Part shown: in pieces, positions 38,880 to 49,180 of the stretch
How positions within the stretch are numbered: the stretch's first letter is position 1
Layout of the letters: every line of letters starts with the position of its first letter
Virus record (IMG/VR): IMGVR_UViG_3300032038_000018
Location: 1 to 64,000 of that record
DNA length: 64,000 nucleotides
Strand: one strand, 5' to 3'
DNA from: a virus
Taxonomy: Duplodnaviria; Caudoviricetes
Notes under the pieces: generated by a model
The model's input: only the letters and a program-made list of their open reading frames with translations
Databases searched by the model: none
What the model was told of the DNA's origin: nothing
Made by a program: the position numbers and the translations under genes

Positions 38880-40085
38880 ATGGAATTACAGAAGACACTC
38901 ACCAACACAACACTCAAAATTGGTTATGTTGGCATAGGCAATGCTGGTTCTCAGGTAGGTGTTGAACTCAGCAAGAATGGCATTGAAACCATTCTCATCA
39001 ATACATCTACAAAAGATCTCGATGCTTCTATCATCAAGGAAGACATCAAGTGTTATCTTATTGGCGACTCTAATGAGACAGCTAGAGGTGCTGGGCACTC
39101 TAGAGATAATGCCAAGAAGATATATAACAACTCAACTGATAAGGTTATCAAGGATGGTCAGTTCATTGACTTCATCAATGAAAATGATATAACCGTTATC
39201 GGATGCTCTACAGCTGGTGGTACGGGCTCAGGCATAACGCCTACACTCACTTATCAGCTGAAGAATATATTCCCAAATAAGGTATTCATTATTCTGGGAA
39301 TACTTCCTAGGCTGACAGAATCTCCTAATGCGCACTTTAACACTTCTACATTCGTAGATGAGGTTAACAACCTTTCCAAGAATGGTTGTGAACTCACCTA
39401 CATGATGTATGATCTTGAGAAGTATAAGGATTATGCTTCTGATGATGCTTACAAGAAACTTGCTAAAGAAATATCAAAAGCATTTGGAATTATGCGTGGC
39501 GATATGTCTTATATCTCCAATCATGGCATGGTTGACGAACGCGATATGCTAACCATACTCTCCACACCCGGTCTTATCAATATCTATTATAAGACAGATA
39601 TTGATCTGAATAAAGTTCCCGAAGGTGGAGTACAGAAGATACTCACCGACCAGATAAAAGTATCTCCTTGTGTAACTCAGCAGAAAGATAAACTCGTTAA
39701 GTGGTTTGGTATCTTCCTTCTTCTTCCTGAAGACATTGATGATGATGTAAGAAGGAATGACTTCAGACAACTTGAGACAGCTATAGGTAAACCTTGGGAT
39801 ACATTTGTTAATCATGCTGTTACAGATAAGCCTAAGGGTGAAATAGCTGTAATAGCTTCGGGTATGTCTTTCCCATTTGACAGAATAGATACTTCGCTTG
39901 ATATAGTGAAGACATATACCGATGGCGTTAAGACAAAAACATTTGATATTCATGGCGAACTGGATGGCGCAAAGCTCTTTGCTAAGAATGATTCAGTTAA
40001 CATGATTATGTCTTCTAAGAATAAAGTTTCTGCTGAAGACATTAAGGATGTCACTATCCCTTCATTCCTTGATAGTGATTTCTAA
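38880..40085 (+). CDS. Tubulin/FtsZ-family GTPase (PhuZ/TubZ-like)
   Basis: GIGNAGSQV, INTS, GAG, AGGTGSG signature, DERD T7-like loop. Confidence 0.88.
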   Translation: MELQKTLTNTTLKIGYVGIGNAGSQVGVELSKNGIETILINTSTKDLDASIIKEDIKCYLIGDSNETARGAGHSRDNAKKIYNNSTDKVIKDGQFIDFINENDITVIGCSTAGGTGSGITPTLTYQLKNIFPNKVFIILGILPRLTESPNAHFNTSTFVDEVNNLSKNGCELTYMMYDLEKYKDYASDDAYKKLAKEISKAFGIMRGDMSYISNHGMVDERDMLTILSTPGLINIYYKTDIDLNKVPEGGVQKILTDQIKVSPCVTQQKDKLVKWFGIFLLLPEDIDDDVRRNDFRQLETAIGKPWDTFVNHAVTDKPKGEIAVIASGMSFPFDRIDTSLDIVKTYTDGVKTKTFDIHGELDGAKLFAKNDSVNMIMSSKNKVSAEDIKDVTIPSFLDSDF

Positions 40086-40164
40086 TTTTAAATATATATT
40101 GTATTATCAACAGATGTGGTAACAACATCTGTTGATAAATATTTTTTAAATGGAGGTATGGAGC

Positions 40165-41226
40165 ATGTTTTTAGACTTGTATCCGGAAAAGGATAGAGAA
40201 CGACCTTTCTCTATCAATGAAGCCATCGATACTTTCTCAGATATGGATCTCAAGATGTCCAAGAAAGAGAAATATCTCGATAAGCTTTTGTCTTCAAAGA
40301 ACTTCTATGGCTATATATTCATCTGCAAAGATGATGATGGACCGAAGAAAGAAAAACTCAAGAAGTTCTATAAGACGATGACTCACATCGACAATCTCAA
40401 GTGCATTCTCAATACACTTGAGGACTTTAGGATAGATGACTATCCTAGATCTTCTGCTGCATTCATATTTACAGTATGCCAGTATGTTCTGGCTGAATGT
40501 AATGACAGTGCAGCAAAGGTAGATGATGACTACAGAAATGGGGCCATCAGACGTGGCGAGAAAGAAGATCGCTACGATTCGATTGAAGAAAAGTTCGCAT
40601 ATATTAAGAGGATTAATGAATACATCAACGACTTCATTAAGCCTTTTGCGAAGAAGATCTACAGAAAGTCTGGCGTTCCTAAGGACGTTGCGATGACTGT
40701 AATTAAGAACGTTCCCGAGAAGCAGTACATCACCAAGTGGCAGCTTGGTGGATTCATGAATATCATTACCGATGCACTGTATCAGGGTATTGATGATTGT
40801 GAAGAAATTGACAGAATTGATTGGGAACCTTTCTTCGAATCAATAGTTGGTAAGGATCTTCTTAAGGATGTAGCTGTATACCTTACAGTAGAGGGAACTT
40901 CCAGAATTAAGAGAAACTGGAAGAATGCAGCTAGAATTCAGGAAATATGGGACTCTCTGACAACATTCGCATTGGATACTCTTGAAGAATCACCTTCCGA
41001 TGATATCGATCATATGGTCGGTATATATAAGAAGATGGTTGCAGGAATGTCCGGCGATGAGAAGAATGATCTCAGAGTTGATCTGACCAAACTTAAGGAG
41101 GAAGTCTTTCCTAACATTTGCAAGAGTGTTGAAAAGTGTTATAACACTATCAAAGACGCTATTAAGGTAGCAAAGGGAAAGAAAGACAGATTCAAGAGTG
41201 ACGACGAAATCGAAACTCTTAACTAA
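40165..41226 (+). CDS. Hypothetical helical protein
   Basis: GGAGGT RBS; about 350-aa ORF. Confidence 0.7.
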   Translation: MFLDLYPEKDRERPFSINEAIDTFSDMDLKMSKKEKYLDKLLSSKNFYGYIFICKDDDGPKKEKLKKFYKTMTHIDNLKCILNTLEDFRIDDYPRSSAAFIFTVCQYVLAECNDSAAKVDDDYRNGAIRRGEKEDRYDSIEEKFAYIKRINEYINDFIKPFAKKIYRKSGVPKDVAMTVIKNVPEKQYITKWQLGGFMNIITDALYQGIDDCEEIDRIDWEPFFESIVGKDLLKDVAVYLTVEGTSRIKRNWKNAARIQEIWDSLTTFALDTLEESPSDDIDHMVGIYKKMVAGMSGDEKNDLRVDLTKLKEEVFPNICKSVEKCYNTIKDAIKVAKGKKDRFKSDDEIETLN

Positions 41227-41369
41227 GACCATCAACAATGGGAATGATTAAGTTCGTTCCCATTGTTATTTTTTTGCTTAAAATAATAACGATATTAAAC
41301 ACTGATATTAATATATCTGTGGGATCAGATGTTCTCATAGAGTGTGTGACACGTTATGGAGGAAATAAC

Positions 41370-42332
41370 ATGAAAACCTGTAATATTAAAATTATTAATC
41401 CTGTATTTTGGAAAGCCGATGGTACTTCTATCGATTCAGTTTCATATGAGACTTCTGAGTTTGTAGCTAAGGATAATATCAATCTTGTATCCGAAACTAT
41501 CAACACTATTGCCGATAGCAAGAAGAATAAGAAGGTATCATTAGCTAAGTTAATCACAAGAAAAGACGACGATAGCGATATCATTTTATATTCTCATTCA
41601 AATAAATACATTGAGAAATATAGAACCATCAATACTACATTCAATACAGTTAAGGCTGATGCATTTAAAGCTGGCGAGAGTGAAGAGTCTGTCGATAGCG
41701 TATATGTGATTGCTGTCATTCCGTATAATGGCGCATTCACATCTATAATAATTGATAAAGTTGACGAAGGATGCTCAGCTGAGATAATTGCAGCTAAGAC
41801 TGTTTCTGCTGATGCACTTAAGATTAATCTGCAAGATAAAGTTTTATATAGTAAAGTATGTTATCTTATAATAAAGGTAGATCCTGTTAAGGGTACTAAA
41901 GACTATAGCGGCTTTGATATAAACTTCACAACATCATCTTTCAGATGGAATGAAGATCATTCTTCTTGCACAAAGGTTGCAAGAGATATTGTTTTTACCG
42001 TTACCAGCGGCATGATTTCTGATACATCTGCTATGTCATATGATAACATAAAGCCAGATGTTAAGAAAACTAGTATGTTTGCGGTAGAACTTACTAAGGA
42101 TGGAAAGATAGCTGAGCCAGCAGTTAAGTTTAATTCTCTCTTTAAGATCAATATAGACAAGACTGTTAAGAATGGATCAGATTTCATTCCTAAGAAGAAT
42201 TTCAAGAAAAACAACGATGTAGTTAAAAGTTATTTTATGACAAATAAAGACAATAATGCAAACCAGCAGAGTCGCAGGAACAAGCGTTTTGAAGATGCTA
42301 AAAGGCGTTATGCTGAAGACGACTATGAGTAA
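41370..42332 (+). CDS. Hypothetical protein
   Basis: GGAGG RBS before ATG at 41370. Confidence 0.7.
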   Translation: MKTCNIKIINPVFWKADGTSIDSVSYETSEFVAKDNINLVSETINTIADSKKNKKVSLAKLITRKDDDSDIILYSHSNKYIEKYRTINTTFNTVKADAFKAGESEESVDSVYVIAVIPYNGAFTSIIIDKVDEGCSAEIIAAKTVSADALKINLQDKVLYSKVCYLIIKVDPVKGTKDYSGFDINFTTSSFRWNEDHSSCTKVARDIVFTVTSGMISDTSAMSYDNIKPDVKKTSMFAVELTKDGKIAEPAVKFNSLFKINIDKTVKNGSDFIPKKNFKKNNDVVKSYFMTNKDNNANQQSRRNKRFEDAKRRYAEDDYE

Positions 42333-42653
42333 TTAACATAAGCCCTATCTGAAATATGATAGGGTAATTTTTATTCTTTTGATTCAATTGTATATGATAA
42401 TTATGTATTCAACGGATTCGGAGGGTTTAAAATTGAATATTTATATGGTAAAGCGCGGCGAAGAGAAAGTACTCGAAACCGTAAGTTATAGTCATGCATT
42501 ATCAGTATGTGAGAGTATTGATAAAACGCATGGCAATGGATCTGCCACATTGTGGCATATGAATACGGATAAAGATAAGACGTATTCAAGACTTAATCGA
42601 TCTTATGGAACCAGTGTTGGTATTCATGATAATTCAATTTGGAGGTAAACAGA

Positions 42654-43892
42654 ATGAGTACACCATTACTAAATTCACTTAAATCGGGTAAGCACAAGAA
42701 CTTATTTGAGTCTAACAATGAGTTCGCTGTGTATTCCACAGGTTTTGCTGCAATAGATGCAATCAATGCATTTGCAGTACCCTATAATCTTCCCGATGGT
42801 ACAATTGCTACAGATATAGCAAGAGGTATTATCGGTGGTAGATTTATGACACTCGTAGGAATGGCAGGTACAGGCAAATCTACATTAGCAGATCAGATAG
42901 GATGGAATATAGTGAAAAACTATCCTAATGGTCTTCTTATTCATGCAGATATAGAGGGAACTGTAATAAGACCCAGACTTCTTGAGATACTTGGAATATC
43001 TGCTAGTAGTCCTGATAATGAAAGAATCATTGTTAAGAAAGAGAATGTCTATATAGAAGATATGCTCACTCTTATAGATGATATCTGTGTAACAAAAGAG
43101 CTTCTTGGTGATGAAGCTAAGTATGAGACAGATGGCACTTGGTTTGGTAAAAAGAAGATAAAAGTCTATGAGCCGACGGTGGTAATTGTAGACTCTTTAC
43201 CTGCATTTACTACATCTTCAGTGGATACCACATCTATAGATGGTCAGATGACCACAAATAGAGATGTTGCTATGGTATCTCAGTTCTATACTAAGCTTAT
43301 TTCTAAGATAAGCAAGTACAATATTACTGTGATTGCAACAAATCACATAAAACCTAAAATCGTAATTGATCCATATAATCAGCCGCCATCTCAGCTTATG
43401 TTACTTAGTAAGACTGAGTCATTACCTAGAGGCCAAGCTCCTATATTCTATGCAACGAATATAATCAGACTGTATGCTTCCGGTAAGAGTGCGCTTCTTA
43501 AGAAAGAAGAATATGGATTTGACGGATTTGAAGTTACAGCAGTTGCAGCTAAGTCTAAGACTGCTTTCGTTGGTGCAAGTTGTAAGTTGATATTCAGAGA
43601 AGATAAAGGTTTCGATGAAGCTTATACATTACTTGCTACCGCATATGATAACGATATTGTATGTGGCAGAAATCCTTATCTGTATATGAAAGGTGCAGAG
43701 AATTATAAATTCTCTAAATCGACATTTGGTGAAAAATACAATACAGATGAAGAATTCAGGAAAGCTATATACGATGCAATGGAACCATTTATTCTCGCTA
43801 AGGTATATGAGAGAATAAATAACTTAGAGAAGCTCAAAGATAAGAAAGATGTTAAAATCGATCAAGACGGAAATATAGTAGGTGACGCGTAA
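42654..43892 (+). CDS. RecA/UvsX-like recombinase
   Basis: YSTGFAAID, GMAGTGKST, VIVDSL, ATNH, PRGQAPIFYA. Confidence 0.85.
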   Translation: MSTPLLNSLKSGKHKNLFESNNEFAVYSTGFAAIDAINAFAVPYNLPDGTIATDIARGIIGGRFMTLVGMAGTGKSTLADQIGWNIVKNYPNGLLIHADIEGTVIRPRLLEILGISASSPDNERIIVKKENVYIEDMLTLIDDICVTKELLGDEAKYETDGTWFGKKKIKVYEPTVVIVDSLPAFTTSSVDTTSIDGQMTTNRDVAMVSQFYTKLISKISKYNITVIATNHIKPKIVIDPYNQPPSQLMLLSKTESLPRGQAPIFYATNIIRLYASGKSALLKKEEYGFDGFEVTAVAAKSKTAFVGASCKLIFREDKGFDEAYTLLATAYDNDIVCGRNPYLYMKGAENYKFSKSTFGEKYNTDEEFRKAIYDAMEPFILAKVYERINNLEKLKDKKDVKIDQDGNIVGDA

Positions 43893-44086
43893 TGACTGTA
43901 GATATTAATGAATTCGAAGCTAAGAAAGCTCCTGAGATAAAGACTTGTGAGACATGCAAATGTCTCACCTGTCAATCTGGAAAGTTATGCATTTCCAATG
44001 TATCATGCCCGCATGGAGTTAATTGTTCTATGTGTAATGGTAAGAAACCATTGAGTGAATGCACTTATTATAAATCAAGCTTTTAA
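43892..44086 (+). CDS. Small Cys-rich putative Zn-binding protein
   Basis: CxxCxCxxC...C...C...CxxC...C; TAATG coupling to the previous gene. Confidence 0.55.
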   Translation: MTVDINEFEAKKAPEIKTCETCKCLTCQSGKLCISNVSCPHGVNCSMCNGKKPLSECTYYKSSF

Positions 44087-44109
44087 TATGTAAGATATGG
44101 AGGTACACA

Positions 44110-46581
44110 ATGCAAAGGGCCGATTTGATAAAGAAGCTAGATACCGAAATAGCTGATATTGGGTATTGTCATTCAATAACTTCAATATCACCCGGAACTG
44201 AATGTAATGCGTCAAGAGCACAGATGCTTGCCAATAACTTGAAGCAGACACAGGTTATGGAAAATCCTGATTTCCCTAGAGTATTCTCTGGTATGGAGAA
44301 CTCTTTTGGTAAATTCTGTAGAGGATATAAACGTATAGAAGGCGATTGGCGAGTTATAAAGAGAATACAGAAATACACTAATGGTAAAATATTCTCAGTC
44401 GTACTCTTCAATGACAAGACAAATACACTAGACATAATAGAGAATCCATTTGCTGAAGATGGACCTGAAAGATTCGGATACAAATATAACTATGACGAAC
44501 TTGATAAACTTCATGATGGAGATGTAGTTAAGGATGGCACTGTAGTTTATAAATCTAATTCATATGATGACCATATGAATTATTGCATGGGCTTCTCTGC
44601 TAGAGTTGCTTACAATACATCTGTATCTACTCTTGAAGATGGTATTATCATTAGAAAGAGTTTCGCTGATAGTAAGTTTACTAATGAAGTAAGTAGCTTT
44701 GTTGTATCTATAAACGACAATGAGATTCCCTTGTTAATTCATGAATATGATGGTGGATTTCATTCAATACCTAAGATAGGTGATCCCGTAAAGGGAACAG
44801 ATCTCGTAGCTATCAAGAAGATCAATAAGAGAAAGATAGCATTTGACTTTACCAACGATGCAGTTACTAAGCCTGATAAAAACTGTGCTATGTATACTGT
44901 AGGTAAGAATAGTGTAATCTATGATATAGATATATACTATAACGATAGCAATGAATTCCCTGATAATTCATTCTATAAAGAGCTCGCTGTATATTACAAA
45001 GAGCAATACAATTACTATTCTCAGATATTTGATATCTGTGAAGAGTTTAAACATAAAGGATGCAATAGAACTTCCAATGCAGATCTTATGCACAAGAAAG
45101 CTAAGGATTTTGTCAATGTGCATGATAGCGATTTCAAATGGAAGAATAAAGAAAGAGCATTCTCATACATCAACATAGTATTTCATTGCATAAAGACATT
45201 ATCACTTCATGAAGGATATAAGATCGTTGGTAGATATGGAGACAAAGGTGTTATATCTGAGAGACGTGATGATGCATCTGAGATACTGACTAAGAGATTT
45301 GATCCTACTAATCCGAGAGATAAAGCTATAGCTAAATATCTTGGTATAGAAGGATCTCCTGAAATGAATATTAGCATTGTACCCGATGCATGTATGTATT
45401 ATGACGAAGATGGCAGATATGTAGATATATGCCAGAATGCAGCAGCTGCATACAGACGCGAGGATACAGGACAGCTTACAGAAGTAGAAATCAATTTCAT
45501 ATCTGAAGAGATAGTCAAAGAGGCTAAGAAGAGATATGAAAAAGATGGATTAGATGCTGCATTTGAACTTCTTATGAGCTATGCTGAGCAATTCCCTGAT
45601 AGTGAAATGAGAGCAATAGCTAAAGAATTCGATTTGGTATATGTCGTATCTAAGAAACTCTGGAAGACTAGTAAGAAAAATAAGCAGAGATTTGTAGAAG
45701 ATATCTTTAGAGATGGATTCTATCTGCAGAAACTTCCTACTGCAGATTGGAGATTCGATAGGATATGCAAACTGTACGATATGTATCCTTTCATTAAGAG
45801 AAAGACAATGTATATCAATAACTTTGGTATAAAGCATAAAGTAGTTAATCCTATGATAGTAGGAGAGAAATACTTCTTTATACTTAAGCAGAACTCTAAT
45901 AAGAATTTCTCTGCTAGAAGTGTATCTAAAGTAAATAAGTTAGGTTTACCATCTAAGAGTGCTGATAAGAAAGAGTCAAGAACTAATATATCAGATACTC
46001 CTATCAACAGAGGTGAGACTTATAACTTACTTGCTGCAGTAGATGCTGCAACACTTATGACAAGCGATATATTCACTAAGAATTCTCCTGTAGCTAGGAA
46101 GGATTTCAAGAATATTATTACATCACCATTGGATCCATTCAAGTATAGACAGATGAAGATTAAGCAGTCTTATACCAATGTGAATGTACTTAATCTTAAA
46201 GCTAGACTTAAGACTATGGGTATCGGGTTTGATATCATAACTAATAAGTCTCTGGGTCTTGCTATAATAGATCAGTATAAGACGTTTATGAAGTTTAATG
46301 AGATAACTTTCTTTGATTATGGTTATAATAGAAAGTATTATGCTTTCATTATCAATAACTATAATAAGCTCAAAGATCCTAAGAAATCGTTTGATGATAC
46401 TTGGGAAGAGCTTATATCAATGGAAGAATTTAAACTTCTGGAAATTGATGACGAAATAGTAAAGACTGCACATGACATTATGGAAAAGTATTATTACGTG
46501 GAGCCATCTGCTGCAGATGCACTTATTGAAGATGATATCCACGAGATAATAACAGTCGACAATATTCCCGATAAAGACTAA
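44110..46581 (+). CDS. Multisubunit RNA polymerase beta subunit, C-terminal part (probably non-virion RNAP)
   Basis: SRAQM...Q, LEDGIII, KIVGRYGDKGVIS, VGEKYFFILKQ...FSARS. Confidence 0.88.
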   Translation: MQRADLIKKLDTEIADIGYCHSITSISPGTECNASRAQMLANNLKQTQVMENPDFPRVFSGMENSFGKFCRGYKRIEGDWRVIKRIQKYTNGKIFSVVLFNDKTNTLDIIENPFAEDGPERFGYKYNYDELDKLHDGDVVKDGTVVYKSNSYDDHMNYCMGFSARVAYNTSVSTLEDGIIIRKSFADSKFTNEVSSFVVSINDNEIPLLIHEYDGGFHSIPKIGDPVKGTDLVAIKKINKRKIAFDFTNDAVTKPDKNCAMYTVGKNSVIYDIDIYYNDSNEFPDNSFYKELAVYYKEQYNYYSQIFDICEEFKHKGCNRTSNADLMHKKAKDFVNVHDSDFKWKNKERAFSYINIVFHCIKTLSLHEGYKIVGRYGDKGVISERRDDASEILTKRFDPTNPRDKAIAKYLGIEGSPEMNISIVPDACMYYDEDGRYVDICQNAAAAYRREDTGQLTEVEINFISEEIVKEAKKRYEKDGLDAAFELLMSYAEQFPDSEMRAIAKEFDLVYVVSKKLWKTSKKNKQRFVEDIFRDGFYLQKLPTADWRFDRICKLYDMYPFIKRKTMYINNFGIKHKVVNPMIVGEKYFFILKQNSNKNFSARSVSKVNKLGLPSKSADKKESRTNISDTPINRGETYNLLAAVDAATLMTSDIFTKNSPVARKDFKNIITSPLDPFKYRQMKIKQSYTNVNVLNLKARLKTMGIGFDIITNKSLGLAIIDQYKTFMKFNEITFFDYGYNRKYYAFIINNYNKLKDPKKSFDDTWEELISMEEFKLLEIDDEIVKTAHDIMEKYYYVEPSAADALIEDDIHEIITVDNIPDKD

Positions 46582-46644
46582 TCAATATTAACGACTAATA
46601 GATTATTTCTATTAGTCGTTAATAAACTAAAGGAGGAAAATGAT

Positions 46645-47307
46645 ATGAAAAAGTTTCTCGCTATCTGTGAATATGGTAGCTTTATGAAGATATTGTTTAC
46701 TAATGACAGTAATTCTAAAGACCTTATTTCTGAGGTACAGAATGCTATCACAGAATGCCCTTATGAGACATTTGAAACACCCATGGGTATTTGTAAGATA
46801 TATAAAGAGAATAATACTTGGGTAGCAGTTACAGATGACATGTGCGTAGAGATACTTGAGAACGAAACAGATGTTGAAGTACATCTTGACTTTGAAGATG
46901 AAATTAATGACCTTAGTGACTTTAAGGATATAATATATCTTAAGATATGCTACATACTCGGATATATTATCTATAGAGATCCGAAGATATATACGGACTT
47001 ACTTATACCTTATATGTCTAAGGTAATTGGTGGAGTTGAAGGAAGTTCTATTAATTTTAATGAATATAAGATATTCACTGATCTTGAAGAGAAGGTCAAC
47101 AATATAACTGATCACATTTCTATGCAGGATATCATATTCCACAATAACATGAGGAATTATGTTGGCTCTGATGAAATAATTGCAGTTACAGTTATAGATA
47201 TGACATTTGCTACCAATATATTTAAAATAAAGGATATATTCTGTATAGGAGAAGAGCTTTACGAATACAAAAAGGAGATGGACAAAGGACTCGTTACAGA
47301 GCAATAA
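46645..47307 (+). CDS. Hypothetical protein
   Basis: AAGGAGG RBS; 220 aa. Confidence 0.65.
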   Translation: MKKFLAICEYGSFMKILFTNDSNSKDLISEVQNAITECPYETFETPMGICKIYKENNTWVAVTDDMCVEILENETDVEVHLDFEDEINDLSDFKDIIYLKICYILGYIIYRDPKIYTDLLIPYMSKVIGGVEGSSINFNEYKIFTDLEEKVNNITDHISMQDIIFHNNMRNYVGSDEIIAVTVIDMTFATNIFKIKDIFCIGEELYEYKKEMDKGLVTEQ

Positions 47308-47367
47308 GAATTATAGCATATGCTACCCGCATATGCTATATTTTTTGTTTATATATTATATTATTGA

Positions 47368-47960
47368 TGAGGATAGGTAATAGCCCGGGATGATGCCCCC
47401 GGACCTATCCACTTACAGATGCGTGGTCAACTGTAAGCGGTATGGGCGCTTGGGTTTGGGAACCCCTGGGTCGGCGCCAATGCCATCGTTTCCAGAGGAA
47501 ACTCAATATCTGGTTCAGCCTTGTGCGTCAATAAAAGGCGCATGACGAGCAAATTGGATTAGAGTATCTCTCTTGCTACCACTTTGGAGACGATGAAACA
47601 AAACATGATTAACAGCGAGGCTTATGCACACTTCACATACATTATTCGGAAACGGATACATTATGTTGGTGGCCTCACCGCTTACAGGGTGAACTGATAT
47701 AGAAGATCATTAAGAAACTCATTACTATATAGAGATGGTTGCATCGTCTCTATAGAACTAACGATTCTTTAGCATAGCTAATCCACTAGCGTGCTTTAGA
47801 TATACAATGATCCGATATAACTACGTATCAATATCTTAAATGGATTTATATGCAAAGGTGCATCACGCCAGATGCAATCGGAGGATATAATGAAGTATAA
47901 GAAATTGATATGTACACAATAGTCATCTGTATAAGTACATGCTTGCATGTACTTCTTTTT
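47368..47960 (+). ncRNA. Candidate large structured non-coding RNA (about 580 nt)
   Basis: No ORF of 60 aa or more, GC-elevated, many helices, own promoter motif (47350) and terminator (47933-47960). Confidence 0.6.
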
Positions 47961-48012
47961 TTTGTTTATTTTTTGTATTTACTGGATACATATTTATAAA
48001 GGAGTGATAACT

Positions 48013-48930
48013 ATGAAGCCTAAAGACTTAACGGAATCATTCTATGATAAAATGATAAATATATTATATTCATATATTAAAGATTGCATAGATTGGAAAA
48101 AGATAAATGACATTGCACCTAGAAAAATACATTGGTATACAGGTAAAAAGAGATGCCAATTACTATTAGCAATCACTGATACAAAATCACCATATACTGC
48201 AAAATACTTTGGTGATGATGTATCTGCCGCTCAAGCTATGAGCCATTCTATATATTGCACTCAATCGTATATAGATAATTTCAGACCAACCAGATCTCTA
48301 ATGTACATGAAAGCATTTAGAAAAAGTTATATGGTAGATATATTTGATATGTGCACATGTAACTATGATAATATACTAAAACATGCTGATTATTCACATG
48401 ATAAAGCGTTGGCTGTGGTTAAATCATCCGGTGCAGATATGTTAATACAAACGGCCAATCAACTTAAGGCTGAATGTAGAACTAATCAGCTCAATCCTAC
48501 TGCTGAAAATTTTGAAACTGTCATAGAGCAAAATGAATTAATAATTGATATGTGCAATGAGCTAAGTCAAGTTACTAATCTATTTAGCTTAAATTGCAAA
48601 AGAGTTACAAGCAATGTACTTTTTACAATGTTTGATATTCAATCTCTATATAATATAGCATTCGATCCTGCATTTTCTGCTCTACAAAGATCTGATATAG
48701 ATGGATTCGAAATAGCTAGAAGACAAAAGATAGCCGGAGAAATTATATCTGCTATTGTAGATGCTATACATTCTAATGTAACAAGCTCTTACAAAGTAGA
48801 GATGGAATATGACAAAGAATATCAATGTGCAATGAAAGTACATAGACTAGCTATTCCTATAGAAGAAGACGAAAGTACATTATATGAAGTAAGAATATCG
48901 CATGCTGATCCATTAATAATATCGACTTAA
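48013..48930 (+). CDS. Hypothetical protein
   Basis: AAGGAGTGA RBS before ATG at 48013. Confidence 0.65.
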   Translation: MKPKDLTESFYDKMINILYSYIKDCIDWKKINDIAPRKIHWYTGKKRCQLLLAITDTKSPYTAKYFGDDVSAAQAMSHSIYCTQSYIDNFRPTRSLMYMKAFRKSYMVDIFDMCTCNYDNILKHADYSHDKALAVVKSSGADMLIQTANQLKAECRTNQLNPTAENFETVIEQNELIIDMCNELSQVTNLFSLNCKRVTSNVLFTMFDIQSLYNIAFDPAFSALQRSDIDGFEIARRQKIAGEIISAIVDAIHSNVTSSYKVEMEYDKEYQCAMKVHRLAIPIEEDESTLYEVRISHADPLIIST

Positions 48931-49012
48931 ATAGAGGCGTCAATTAAGACGCCTCTATTTAATTTATATATTATAATATTGATAATGACTGACAATTTAA
49001 GGAGGATTGCTT

Positions 49013-49156
49013 ATGCTATTAGTAATAATATGTATTATATTAGGATTTTCATTGTTTGTTGAAAAAGGAAAAAGAATCGCCGCTGAGATGGCAAATTCAT
49101 TTTTCAAATTTATAATTGTAATTCTTATTATAGTCATTATCATTATAATAAAGTAG
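49013..49156 (+). CDS. 47-aa two-helix membrane protein (below the ORF-track length cut-off)
   Basis: MLLVIICIILGFSLFVEKGKRIAAEMANSFFKFIIVILIIVIIIIIK; AAGGAGG RBS, promoter at 48965, hairpin terminator. Confidence 0.6.
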   Translation: MLLVIICIILGFSLFVEKGKRIAAEMANSFFKFIIVILIIVIIIIIK

Positions 49157-49180
49157 GCCTCGGCCTACTTTATTTTTTTG

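Noticed and set aside
42379-42648. 89-aa ORF upstream of the recombinase
   Set aside because: Start uncertain and no recognisable motif; may be real but unsupported
43892-44086. Small Cys-rich ORF as another CXXX substrate
   Set aside because: Cys spacing is CxxC/CxC Zn-finger-like, not 4-periodic, and it lies in the recombination/RNAP operon
47368-47960. tmRNA or RNase P identity for the large RNA candidate
   Set aside because: No tRNA-Ala-like ends with T-arm and CCA, and no RNase P P4 consensus (GAGGAAAGUCC) that I can support
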